64,000 nt of DNA, from NCBI GenBank assembly GCA_030645735.1, contig JAUSNP010000001.1:7502-71501 (forward strand), given 5' to 3'. The notes beneath the pieces were generated by a model. It searched no databases. It was not told the origin of the DNA and was given only the letters and a program-made list of their open reading frames with translations. Below, in pieces: positions 18,193 to 27,514 of the stretch; within the stretch, counting starts at the first letter, position 1, and each line of letters opens with the position of its first letter. This DNA is from Candidatus Moraniibacteriota bacterium (GTDB lineage Bacteria; Patescibacteriota; Minisyncoccia; Moranbacterales; UBA2206). The position numbers and the translations under genes were made by a program.

Positions 18193-18774
18193 ATGAAATT
18201 AGATAAAATAATAGAAGAAAAAATAAAAGAAGAGGTTCTTAAAAAACTTCAAAATGGAAAACCGAATTGGGACATTCCCCATACATTGAATGCTGTTGAA
18301 TGGATGCGCTGCTTGATTGAAGGTGAGGGCGGTAATGAAAGAATACTTATTCCTGCTATATATTTTCATGATACTGGATATCCAGAGCTTGATGAAAATT
18401 ATAATTATGACGATCTCATTGAAAGTAAAAAAATGCATGCAATAAAGGGGGCTGAATTTACAAAAAATGTTTTATCTCAAATAAATTATTTTTCTAAAGA
18501 AGAGGTTGAAGAGATTGTATATTTAGTTAAAAAACATGACGAGCATGATAATCTAGAAACGCATAATCGTAGATTGATATTTGAAGCAGATGGATTGTCA
18601 ATGATTGATTGGGAGCATGTGAAGCCAAATTTTGATCAAAAAAACAGGACAGAATTTTTGAATAAATATTTTATTAGTGAAAGAGGTCTTGATAGGTGGC
18701 ATACTATTACAGGAAAAAAATATTTAAAAATTTTATTTAAAAAAGCCAAGGAATATAATATAAATAATCCTTAA
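18193..18774 (+). CDS. HD-domain phosphohydrolase-like protein
   Basis: IYFHDTGY (H...HD motif); start chosen at MKLDKII. Confidence 0.5.
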   Translation: MKLDKIIEEKIKEEVLKKLQNGKPNWDIPHTLNAVEWMRCLIEGEGGNERILIPAIYFHDTGYPELDENYNYDDLIESKKMHAIKGAEFTKNVLSQINYFSKEEVEEIVYLVKKHDEHDNLETHNRRLIFEADGLSMIDWEHVKPNFDQKNRTEFLNKYFISERGLDRWHTITGKKYLKILFKKAKEYNINNP

Positions 18775-18804
18775 CCTATATTTTAAAAAAGTAATAAAAA
18801 TTTT

Positions 18805-21800
18805 ATGTTCAAAAAAGTAGATCCAAAGATGACATTTCCAAAAATGGAAGAAGAAGTTTTGAAGTTTTGGGAAGAGAATCAAGTCTTTGAAAAGTCATTG
18901 GAAAAAAACAAAGACAAGCAAGCTTATGTTTTTTATGATGGACCGCCGTTTGCCACGGGCAATCCGCATTATGGTCACATTGTGGGCAGCGTGATGAAAG
19001 ATGTGGTGCCGAGATATTGGACGATGCGCGGGCGATATGTGGAAAGAAAATGGGGTTGGGATTGCCATGGTTTGCCGATTGAAAACATCGCCGAAAAAGA
19101 ATTGGGCATCAAGCGCAAAAACGAAATTGAAGAAATGGGCGTGGAGAAATTCAATGAGTTTTGTCGTTCCAAAGTTTTGAGCTATGTTTCAGTTTGGGAA
19201 AAAATCATCACCCGTTTGGGTCGTTGGGCCGATATGAAAAACGCCTACAAGACTATGGATTTGCCATACATGGAATCCATTTGGTTTGTCTTCAAAGAAT
19301 TGTGGGACAAAGGCTTGATTTATGAAGGCTATCGCTCGATGCATATTTGTACGCGTTGTGAAACAACTTTGTCACAACAAGAAGTTTCTGAAGGCTATAA
19401 GGACATCAAAGATTTGTCGGCTATCGCGAAATTTGAATTGGTGGACGAACCAGGAGCTTTTGTCTTGGCTTGGACCACCACACCCTGGACATTGCTGGGC
19501 AATGTGGCTTTGGCAGTGGGTGCGGAGATTGATTATGTAAAAATTAGTTACAATGATAAAGCTGGAAATGCACAACAATTTATTTTAGCAAAATCAATTT
19601 ATGAAATTAAAAAAGATGAATTATTCCCATCGGTTAAGGAGTTAAAGGCAGATGAAGTTCCGCCAATGCCACCAAAAATTATAGAAGAATTTAAAGGTAA
19701 TAATCTAGTTGGCAAAAAATATAAACCTCTTTTTGATTATTATGTCGGCAAGGGAATTGAAAATGAGGAAAATGGTTGGCAGATTTATGCGGGTGATTTT
19801 GTGACTACTGAAGATGGAACGGGTGTGGTGCATATTGCGCCAGCGTTTGGTGATGATGACTTCCGATTGTCACAACAATATAATTTGCCATTTGTGCAAC
19901 ATGTGGGGATGGACGGAATTATTAAAAAAGAGGCTGGTGAATTTGCTGGTATTAGCTTGAAGCCGAGAGCTAAAGATAAACCAGAGGAAATTCGAGAGGC
20001 TGATCTGACCATGATAAAAGCAATGGGTGACAAAATATTTCATTCTGAAAAATATTTACATAGTTATCCGCATTGTTGGCGCTGTGACACCCCACTCATT
20101 AACTACGCGACTTCATCATGGTTTGTGAAAGTGACAGGCGTGAAAGAAAGGGCATTGGAGACAGCCAAAGAAATCAATTGGACACCCAATCACATCAAGG
20201 AAGGGCGTTTTGGAAAATGGTTGGAAGGTGCGCGTGACTGGTCAATTTCTCGTCAGAGATTTTGGGCCTCAGTCATGCCGATTTGGAGATGCAAAGAATG
20301 TGGCGAGTTGGAAGTTTTTGGCTCTGTGGCATCTTTGGAAGAGCGAAGTGGCGCAAAGGTGACGGATTTGCATAAGCATGTAGTGGATAACATAACTTTC
20401 AAATGTCAAAAATGTTCTGGCGAAATGCATCGCGTGCCGGATGTGTTGGACACTTGGTTTGATTCCGGTTCGATGCCATACGCTCAGATGCACTATCCAT
20501 TTGAAAACAAAGAAAAATTTGAAGCCAATTTCCCAGCCGAGTTCATTGCGGAAGGGCAAGATCAAACTCGCGCTTGGTTCTATTATTTGCATGTTCTTGG
20601 CACGGCCTTGAAAGATAAGCCAGCTTTCAAGAATGTGATTGTCAATGGTATCGTTTTGGCGGAGGATGGCAAAAAGATGGCTAAGAAATTGCAAAATTAT
20701 CCAGACCCATCTTTGATGTTTGAAAAATACGGTGCTGATTCTATTCGCATGTATTTGATGAGCTCGCCAGTAGTGGCCGCAGAAAATTTGAATTTCAAAG
20801 AAGCGGATGTGGCTGACTTCATGCGTGGAACTTTCCGCATGTTGTGGAATTCATATTCTTTCTTTGTATTGTATGCTGACATCGATAAATGGAAACCATC
20901 AGACCAAATCCCAAATCCCAAATCCCGAATCACAAATTTATTAGACAAATGGATTTTGTCTGAATTGAATATGCTCATCAGAGATTATAACAAGCACATG
21001 GAGGCTTATGAATTGAATTATGCCTCACGCTTGTTTCCAAAATTTATCGACAATCTTTCCAATTGGTATATTCGTCGATCACGCAAAAGATTTTGGAAAT
21101 CGGAAGATGATGGCGACAAAGCTGAGGCCTATCAGACTTTGCATTTTGTGTTGGTTGAATTGGCAAAATTGATGGCACCTTTTGCACCGTTCATGGCAGA
21201 AGAAATTTTCAAGAATCTGACTGGCAAAGAATCAGTACATTTGGAGGATATGCCAATGGCGGATGAGAGTGTGATTAATGTCGACATGAATGGCGATATG
21301 GAATATTTACGTAATACAATTAGCTCTGGGCTAAGAGCTAGGGCTGAGGCAAAAATAAAAGTTCGACAGCCATTGCAAGACGTTGTGATAATTGCTAAAG
21401 AAAGTTTCCCAGAAGAAATGAAGCAAATTATTTGTGATGAGTTGAATGTAAAAAAAGTTTTGGTTGTAAATGATTTCAATAATTTGGCTAGTGAGTATGT
21501 AGTAGGGGAGGAAAGTGGATTGAGGATTGCCTTAAACATTATCATAACCGAAGAACTGAAGCTTGAAGGCCAGGCGCGGGAAATTATCCGTTCAATTCAA
21601 GAGATGCGCAAAGAGGCTGGCTTTGAGGTTGACAATCGTATCAAAGTTGGCTACGATGGTTTGAATAATGTTTTTGAGAAGTTTAGTTCTTTAATCCAGC
21701 GAGAAGTGCTCGCTGTTGACATAGTTGCCGGTGTAATTGAAACTCCTGATCTACAAAAGGAGCTTGCAATTGACGGAAAAACTGCATCAATAAGTATCAA

Positions 21801-21813
21801 AAAGGAGCGCTAA
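18805..21813 (+). CDS. ileS: Isoleucine--tRNA ligase, type 2 (eukaryote/archaea-like)
   Basis: HIGH-type PHYGH; KMAKKLQNYPDP resembles the type-2 KMSKRLKNYPDP; about 1000 aa. Confidence 0.95.
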   Translation: MFKKVDPKMTFPKMEEEVLKFWEENQVFEKSLEKNKDKQAYVFYDGPPFATGNPHYGHIVGSVMKDVVPRYWTMRGRYVERKWGWDCHGLPIENIAEKELGIKRKNEIEEMGVEKFNEFCRSKVLSYVSVWEKIITRLGRWADMKNAYKTMDLPYMESIWFVFKELWDKGLIYEGYRSMHICTRCETTLSQQEVSEGYKDIKDLSAIAKFELVDEPGAFVLAWTTTPWTLLGNVALAVGAEIDYVKISYNDKAGNAQQFILAKSIYEIKKDELFPSVKELKADEVPPMPPKIIEEFKGNNLVGKKYKPLFDYYVGKGIENEENGWQIYAGDFVTTEDGTGVVHIAPAFGDDDFRLSQQYNLPFVQHVGMDGIIKKEAGEFAGISLKPRAKDKPEEIREADLTMIKAMGDKIFHSEKYLHSYPHCWRCDTPLINYATSSWFVKVTGVKERALETAKEINWTPNHIKEGRFGKWLEGARDWSISRQRFWASVMPIWRCKECGELEVFGSVASLEERSGAKVTDLHKHVVDNITFKCQKCSGEMHRVPDVLDTWFDSGSMPYAQMHYPFENKEKFEANFPAEFIAEGQDQTRAWFYYLHVLGTALKDKPAFKNVIVNGIVLAEDGKKMAKKLQNYPDPSLMFEKYGADSIRMYLMSSPVVAAENLNFKEADVADFMRGTFRMLWNSYSFFVLYADIDKWKPSDQIPNPKSRITNLLDKWILSELNMLIRDYNKHMEAYELNYASRLFPKFIDNLSNWYIRRSRKRFWKSEDDGDKAEAYQTLHFVLVELAKLMAPFAPFMAEEIFKNLTGKESVHLEDMPMADESVINVDMNGDMEYLRNTISSGLRARAEAKIKVRQPLQDVVIIAKESFPEEMKQIICDELNVKKVLVVNDFNNLASEYVVGEESGLRIALNIIITEELKLEGQAREIIRSIQEMRKEAGFEVDNRIKVGYDGLNNVFEKFSSLIQREVLAVDIVAGVIETPDLQKELAIDGKTASISIKKER
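20906..20937 (+). repeat. 7-nt tandem repeat (aatccca)x4, in-frame in ileS
   Basis: aaatcccaaatcccaaatcccgaatcacaaat. Confidence 0.75.
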
Positions 21814-21814
21814 A

Positions 21815-21946
21815 TGAATACCGAAGTTGAATCAGCGTTGTCGCAGATCATGCACAATCCCAGCGGATTCGAGTTGGTAGTTATTGGGGTGTTCGCCGTG
21901 ATGATGTTGCGAGTCATTTGCGAGGAATTTTTTTGTCATCGCTAAG
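21815..21946 (+). CDS. Possible small hydrophobic ORF (43 aa) overlapping the ileS stop (taATG)
   Basis: atg at 21815; MNTEVESALSQIMHNPSGFELVVIGVFAVMMLRVICEEFFCHR. Confidence 0.2.
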
Positions 21947-21965
21947 GGGTGGTGAGATTGAGAGG

Positions 21966-22003
21966 GGGTGTTCGCGCTTATAAAGAGCGAATGCCCCTTT
22001 TGA
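21966..22003 (+). terminator. Imperfect GC-rich hairpin followed by TTTT
   Basis: gggggtgttcgcgc...gagcgaatgcccc tttt. Confidence 0.4.
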
Positions 22004-22034
22004 TTTTCCTCTTGATTAGCAATATAATAGGTAA

Positions 22035-22763
22035 ATGGACTACAAATACCAAGGTATAATTTTGAATAAGCGCGAAGTGGGCGAAGTGGATCGGATTTAT
22101 ACGATTTACACTTTTGAAGCTGGAAAAATCCGTGTGTTGGGCAAAGGTGTGCGCAAACCTAATGCCAAATTGGCCGGCAATTTGGAGTCAGTCACGCAGG
22201 CGGAAATTTTTATGTCCAAAAACAAGGGCATGGGCAAAATCACAGGTTCGATTGCAATCAACAATTTCAGCAACATCAAATCCAACCTAGATTTGGTCAA
22301 TCGAGTTTTTTATGTCTTCAAAATTCTAGCCAGAATAATTTCTGAGGAAGAAAAAGATGAAAAAATCTTTTTGCTGTTGGAAAAATATTTGACAACTATG
22401 GATGCAAATGAAGTTGGAGAAGACAAGGCAGATATTTTGACACTGGGATTGTTGTTTCAAATTTTGGCTGAAATGGGCTATCGGCTGGAAATGGAAAAAT
22501 GCGTGCATTGTGAGAAAAAATTGCTGCTAGAGAACAATTATTTCAGCATTTCCCGCGGAGGAGTTTTATGTGCAAATTGCCAAAATGTGGAAAACAAAAA
22601 GATATTGATTAGTAATGAGGCGATCAAATTGATTAGGATATTTTTACAAAATAGATTGGAAAATTTGATCAAACTTAAAGTTCCGCAAGCGGATATAAAC
22701 AGATTGAAAATAATTCTCAATGAATCAATCAATTGGTTCTCTGGTGAGAACTTCCGAATTTGA
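22035..22763 (+). CDS. recO: DNA repair protein RecO
   Basis: N-terminal OB fold (GIILNKREVGEVDRIYTIYT) and C4 zinc finger CVHCEKK...CANC. Confidence 0.8.
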   Translation: MDYKYQGIILNKREVGEVDRIYTIYTFEAGKIRVLGKGVRKPNAKLAGNLESVTQAEIFMSKNKGMGKITGSIAINNFSNIKSNLDLVNRVFYVFKILARIISEEEKDEKIFLLLEKYLTTMDANEVGEDKADILTLGLLFQILAEMGYRLEMEKCVHCEKKLLLENNYFSISRGGVLCANCQNVENKKILISNEAIKLIRIFLQNRLENLIKLKVPQADINRLKIILNESINWFSGENFRI

Positions 22764-22822
22764 TAAAAACCCCAATTTCTGGTATTATTTAGCTATTAAA
22801 TAAAAATAAAAAGCCAAAATCT

Positions 22823-24733
22823 ATGTCTTTGTCCGAAATAAAAAATAGTTTATACGAAAAAGAAGCTCCTAAGGATTTGAGCGCGCATGCTGAAAGTGAA
22901 TTTGATGCGCGCGTTGATTCTGTTGGCGCAGGAAAGGCGGAGATTGTTTCAACGGAAGATGTGTGGGAGAAAAAAGAAGCTGGACTATCTGAGCCGAAGA
23001 AAAAGACTCTGAAAACTGTCGGTATTATTTTGGGCATCATTGTCGGTATTGTGCTTATTCTTGTGGCAGTCTATCAGATTCGCAAATCTTCTTTCAATGA
23101 GAGTCGCGTAACTATTTCGGTTGACGGGCAGAAAGAAGCTAAAAGTGGGAAGCTTTTGACTTATGAAATAACCTACAACAATAATAATTGGGGATCTTTG
23201 AAGGGAGCTGTTTTGCGTATAACACATCCAGAAAGTTTCAAACCAGAAGAGAGTGTGCAATATCGAGAGGAAAGTCCAACTGTCAGCATAGTTAATCTGG
23301 GCGATTTGGCAGGACACGCTACCGGCAAGGTTATGTTTGGCGGTCGAGCTTTCACTCCCAAAGGCACCCTGATGTACATCAAAGCTGATTTAGTGTATAC
23401 CCCGTCTAATTTTAATAGTCAGTTCAGCACTAATGCCCAATTGGGAGTTAATGTGATTTCAACTCCAATGTCTTTGGAAATTATGGCTCCGCAGAATTTG
23501 GCGAGTGGCGATTCTTTGGACTATCAGATAACTTATAAAAATATTGGGGCAGAAGATTTTGAAAACATTCGACTTAAAGTAGATTTTCAGGATGGATTTA
23601 TTTTTTCCAAAGCTGAGCCGACTGCCTCAGAAGGCAACAATATTTGGTATATTGGACATCTTTCGGCTGGAGAAGAAGGCAAAGTTGTTGTAAGTGGAAA
23701 ATTGCAAGGTGAGGAGGGCAATGTTAAAAAAGTGAATGCTTACATTGGGACTATAAATCAAGGGCAGTTCGTGAGTTATAATGAAGAAAATGTGGCTACC
23801 AACATTGTTGCTTCGCCGTTAGTTATAATGCAAGCGGTTAATGGCGCATTTGAATATAACGCTAATGCTGGCGAGGATCTCAACTTTGAAATACAATATA
23901 AAAACAATAGCGATGTTGGCCTGAAGAATGTTATTGTGAAAGAAGTGTTGGACAGTCCAATTTTAGATTATGCGACATTGGATATGACGGGCGGTTCATT
24001 TGATATGGATACAAAAACTATCGAGTGGAAAGCGGTTGATTATCCAGTGCTTGGCAATCTTGCGCCTGGTCAGGGCGGTTCCATTAAATTTTCTATCAAG
24101 GTCAAAAGTGTTATCCCAATGCAAACAGTGAATGACAAAAATTTTGTTATTTCAGGAATAGCCAAAATAGATAGCCCCGACATTGTTACGCCACTTGAAA
24201 TGAATAAAATAATTGCTGGCAATAGAATTGATATAAAATTAAAATCCAAGCTAATATTGGATGTCAAAGGATATTATGCGGATTTGATGGTTCCTAACTC
24301 TGGTCCGGTTCCTCCAACTGTTGGACAAGAGACTAGCTATACAATTCATTTGAAAGCTGGTAATGTTTCTAACGATGTGACTGATGCCAGAATTGAAGTT
24401 ATTTTGCCAGCTGGAGTGACTGTTACGGGCAGGGGCTATCCAGATGATGCTAAGATAGACTTTGATGAAAGATCTAATGTTTTAGTTTGGAATATCGGCA
24501 ACATGCAAGCAGGGGATGGCGTTCTAAATCCAATAAAGGAAATAGCTTTTCAAATAAAAGTTAAACCAGCGCCAAATCAAGTCGGCGAGGTTATGGAGAT
24601 AATTAAAAATGTCAGTTTTTCAGCCAAAGACACTTTCACAAAACAGGATTTGAAGGCGCAAGCCGGAAGCAAAACTACAATGTTGCAAGAAGACCAAACT
24701 ATCAATGCGATTGGCTGGAAGGTGAGCAATTAA
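22823..24733 (+). CDS. Membrane-anchored surface protein with DUF11/CARDB-like repeat domains
   Basis: TM at about aa 65-85; four repeats with the L/IGxLxxGxxGxV...K pattern typical of DUF11. Confidence 0.55.
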   Translation: MSLSEIKNSLYEKEAPKDLSAHAESEFDARVDSVGAGKAEIVSTEDVWEKKEAGLSEPKKKTLKTVGIILGIIVGIVLILVAVYQIRKSSFNESRVTISVDGQKEAKSGKLLTYEITYNNNNWGSLKGAVLRITHPESFKPEESVQYREESPTVSIVNLGDLAGHATGKVMFGGRAFTPKGTLMYIKADLVYTPSNFNSQFSTNAQLGVNVISTPMSLEIMAPQNLASGDSLDYQITYKNIGAEDFENIRLKVDFQDGFIFSKAEPTASEGNNIWYIGHLSAGEEGKVVVSGKLQGEEGNVKKVNAYIGTINQGQFVSYNEENVATNIVASPLVIMQAVNGAFEYNANAGEDLNFEIQYKNNSDVGLKNVIVKEVLDSPILDYATLDMTGGSFDMDTKTIEWKAVDYPVLGNLAPGQGGSIKFSIKVKSVIPMQTVNDKNFVISGIAKIDSPDIVTPLEMNKIIAGNRIDIKLKSKLILDVKGYYADLMVPNSGPVPPTVGQETSYTIHLKAGNVSNDVTDARIEVILPAGVTVTGRGYPDDAKIDFDERSNVLVWNIGNMQAGDGVLNPIKEIAFQIKVKPAPNQVGEVMEIIKNVSFSAKDTFTKQDLKAQAGSKTTMLQEDQTINAIGWKVSN

Positions 24734-24737
24734 ATTT

Positions 24738-25853
24738 ATGGGGAAAACTTTCGAAATATTAGAAAAAAATAATCTTGCCAGAGTTGGAAAGCTCAGGACA
24801 AAAAACGGAGAAATTAATACCCCGTTTTTTATGCCGGATGCGACGCGCGGGTTTGTGAAGTTATTATCTAAAGGGGATTTAGAAAAAATAAATTTGAGTC
24901 CGATGGTGGTCAACACCTATCATCTCTATTTACAGCCAGGGATGGAGCTAATAAAAAAAGGCGGGGGCATTCACAAGTTTATGAATTGGAATGGGCCACT
25001 TCTTTCTGATTCTGGCGGATATCAAATATTTTCCTTGATTCATAAAAATTCTAAACTAGGCAAGATAACAGATGAGAAAGCAGTTTTCAAATCCCCGCTA
25101 GACGGCAGAAAACATGAATTGACCCCAGAAAAATCTATCCAGATTCAGTTTGATTTGGGCGTGGATATGATGGTGGTTTTGGATGATGTGCCGCCAGTTA
25201 CATATTCGGACAGAAAAATGAAAGTGGCCATAGATAGAACTATAGCGTGGGCCAAGCGTTGCAAGATTGAATATGAAAAACAAATCAAAGAAAGAGGAAT
25301 TTCAGAAGATCAGCGCCCATTGCTTTTTGGGGTTATTCAAGGTGGAAAAAACGCAGCTTTGAGAAAATATTGCGCGGAGGAGTTGGTCAAGTTGGATTTT
25401 GATGGCTATGGCTTCGGTGCGCGTCATGTAGACGAGAATGGTGTTTTTATGCAAGAGATGGTGGCGGAAACAGCCAAGATGATTCCGGAGGACAAACTAC
25501 GCTTTGCGCTGGGTGTTGGCACACCGGAAGATATTGTACGATTCGTAGCTTGTGGTTGGGATATGTTTGATTGTGTGATTCCGACGCGTGAAGGTCGGCA
25601 CGGCCGATTGTTTGTTTGGAAAGAGGGAGAATTGAAAGACAAAGATTTTTATACCACCATCAACATCAACAATCATAAATTTAATGACGATTTTTCGCCA
25701 GTAGATGAAACTTGTGATTGCGAACTTTGTCGCAATCATTCACGCGCTTATTTGAAACATCTTTTTGTCAGCAAAGACCCACTGGGCATGCGGTTGGCCG
25801 CAGTGCATAACCTGAAGTTTTATTTGGATTTGATGAAAAAAATACGAGGATAA
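24738..25853 (+). CDS. tgt: Queuine tRNA-ribosyltransferase (tRNA-guanine transglycosylase)
   Basis: TPFFMPDATRG, LSDSGGYQ, zinc site CDCELCRNHSRAYLKHL. Confidence 0.9.
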   Translation: MGKTFEILEKNNLARVGKLRTKNGEINTPFFMPDATRGFVKLLSKGDLEKINLSPMVVNTYHLYLQPGMELIKKGGGIHKFMNWNGPLLSDSGGYQIFSLIHKNSKLGKITDEKAVFKSPLDGRKHELTPEKSIQIQFDLGVDMMVVLDDVPPVTYSDRKMKVAIDRTIAWAKRCKIEYEKQIKERGISEDQRPLLFGVIQGGKNAALRKYCAEELVKLDFDGYGFGARHVDENGVFMQEMVAETAKMIPEDKLRFALGVGTPEDIVRFVACGWDMFDCVIPTREGRHGRLFVWKEGELKDKDFYTTININNHKFNDDFSPVDETCDCELCRNHSRAYLKHLFVSKDPLGMRLAAVHNLKFYLDLMKKIRG

Positions 25854-25857
25854 CTAG

Positions 25858-25886
25858 TTGACCTTAAATATGTTTGCGTGTATACT
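25858..25886 (+). promoter_or_regulatory. Sigma70-like promoter TTGACC-17-TATACT; would give a leaderless or near-leaderless transcript starting at the ATG at 25895
   Basis: Consensus spacing; the -10 sits 8 nt upstream of the MKKIELLAPAGN start. Confidence 0.5.
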
Positions 25887-27166
25887 TTTTTGATATGAAA
25901 AAAATTGAACTTCTCGCTCCGGCGGGGAATTTGGAAAAATTGAAATATGCCATTGCTTATGGCGCGGATGCGGTGTATGCCGGCGTGCCAGATTTTTCGT
26001 TGCGCGTACGGATTAATAATTTTACGCAGGAGTCCTTGAAAGAGGCGGTGGAATATGTGCATCAACATAAAAAGAAAATTTTTGTGACTCTGAATATTTA
26101 TGCGCACAATGTGCACTTAGATGAAATCAAGAGTCATTTGAAGTTTTTGAAAACTTTGGATATTGATGGTGTGATTGTGGCCGACCCGGGAATTATAATG
26201 TTAGTGAAAAAATATTTGCCGAAGGTGGAAATTCATTTGTCCACTCAGGCTAATGCGACCAATATTGAAGCTGTGAAATTCTGGGCTAAAAATGGAGTGA
26301 AAAGAATTGTCTTGGCACGGGAAGTGTCATTGGACGAAATTCGCGAAATCAAAAAAGCTGTGCCAAAAATGGAATTGGAATATTTTATTCATGGCGCAAT
26401 GTGTATGAGCTATTCTGGCCGTTGTATTTTGAGCAAGTGGATGAGCAACCGCAGCGCCAATTTGGGGGATTGCACCCAGCCTTGTCGTTGGAAATACACG
26501 GAAGTCAAAAGTCCAAAGTCCAAAGTCGAAAGCGAGATTCTAGAAAAAACCGTGGTGGATGATATGGGAAGATTTGAAGTGGATTTGGAAGAGGATCGGC
26601 ATGGGACTTATTTTTTCAATAGTCGTGATATGAATTTGTCTGCTCACATTCAAGATTTGATTGATGCTGGCATTGATTCATTGAAAATTGAAGGGCGTGC
26701 CAAGAGTGTCTATTACGTAGCCACTGTGGTGCGCGCCTATCGCAAAATCATTGATGCGCTGAAAAAGAAAAATTTGACGCAAGTCATCAAAGAGCAACAA
26801 AAAGAATTAGACACTTTGGTTAATCGCGGATATTCCAAAGGCTTTTTACTAGGCAATGAACCAGAGCACAACTTTGAGGGCGCACTCAGTGAGACGGACT
26901 ATAAATTCGCAGCGCAGATTGAAGGCAAAAAGAAAATTAATGGCCAAGTCCTCAATGTTGTTTTTATGCATAACGAAATTTTCTTGAAAGACAAAATTGA
27001 AGCCATTAGTCCAAAGGGCAATGAAAAGGTCAAAATCAAAAAAATTTTGAATTACAAACTGGAAAAAGTGACCGAAGCACATGGCGGTCATGACAAGCGT
27101 TTTTTTGTGCAATTCGACAAAATTTTGGCAGGCAAAACTCTCCTACGCAGAAAGTTGACTAAGTAG
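25874..27166 (+). CDS. Peptidase U32 family protein (RlhA/TrhP-like RNA hydroxylation factor); likely true start at 25895
   Basis: U32 signature E..FIHGAMCMSYSGRCILS. Confidence 0.85.
   Translation: MRVYFFDMKKIELLAPAGNLEKLKYAIAYGADAVYAGVPDFSLRVRINNFTQESLKEAVEYVHQHKKKIFVTLNIYAHNVHLDEIKSHLKFLKTLDIDGVIVADPGIIMLVKKYLPKVEIHLSTQANATNIEAVKFWAKNGVKRIVLAREVSLDEIREIKKAVPKMELEYFIHGAMCMSYSGRCILSKWMSNRSANLGDCTQPCRWKYTEVKSPKSKVESEILEKTVVDDMGRFEVDLEEDRHGTYFFNSRDMNLSAHIQDLIDAGIDSLKIEGRAKSVYYVATVVRAYRKIIDALKKKNLTQVIKEQQKELDTLVNRGYSKGFLLGNEPEHNFEGALSETDYKFAAQIEGKKKINGQVLNVVFMHNEIFLKDKIEAISPKGNEKVKIKKILNYKLEKVTEAHGGHDKRFFVQFDKILAGKTLLRRKLTK
26503..26535 (+). repeat. 7-nt tandem repeat (aagtcca)x3-4, in-frame in the U32 peptidase gene
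   Basis: gtcaaaagtccaaagtccaaagtcgaaagcgag. Confidence 0.7.
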
Positions 27167-27514
27167 GATAGTGTTATATAATAGACATACAGTTCAATCA
27201 GCGTTGATGAGAGTTTGGATCCTCTGAGTTGATTGCACTGAAATCAAGGTGTCCTCGCTTAAGCGAGGGAAGTCAGATGGAAACGCGAGAAGAACCTCGT
27301 TCTGACAATTAAAGAAGCTTTTCTTTAATTGTGGGAACGGGGTTTTAATTTTTTTAATTATATAATTCAAAAATAATTTTAATTATCTCGGAATTTAACT
27401 CAAAAGCTGATTTTGTAGCTAAAATTTTTTCTCGCATAATATGCTAATCGAAAAATTTTAGACAAAATTAACTTTTTCAAACAGAAATTCCTCGAAAATT
27501 AAAAATTATTTTTC

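Noticed and set aside
27167-27514. glyQS leader considered as a T-box riboswitch
   Set aside because: Lacks the GGUGGUACC T-box core; kept only as a generic candidate ncRNA
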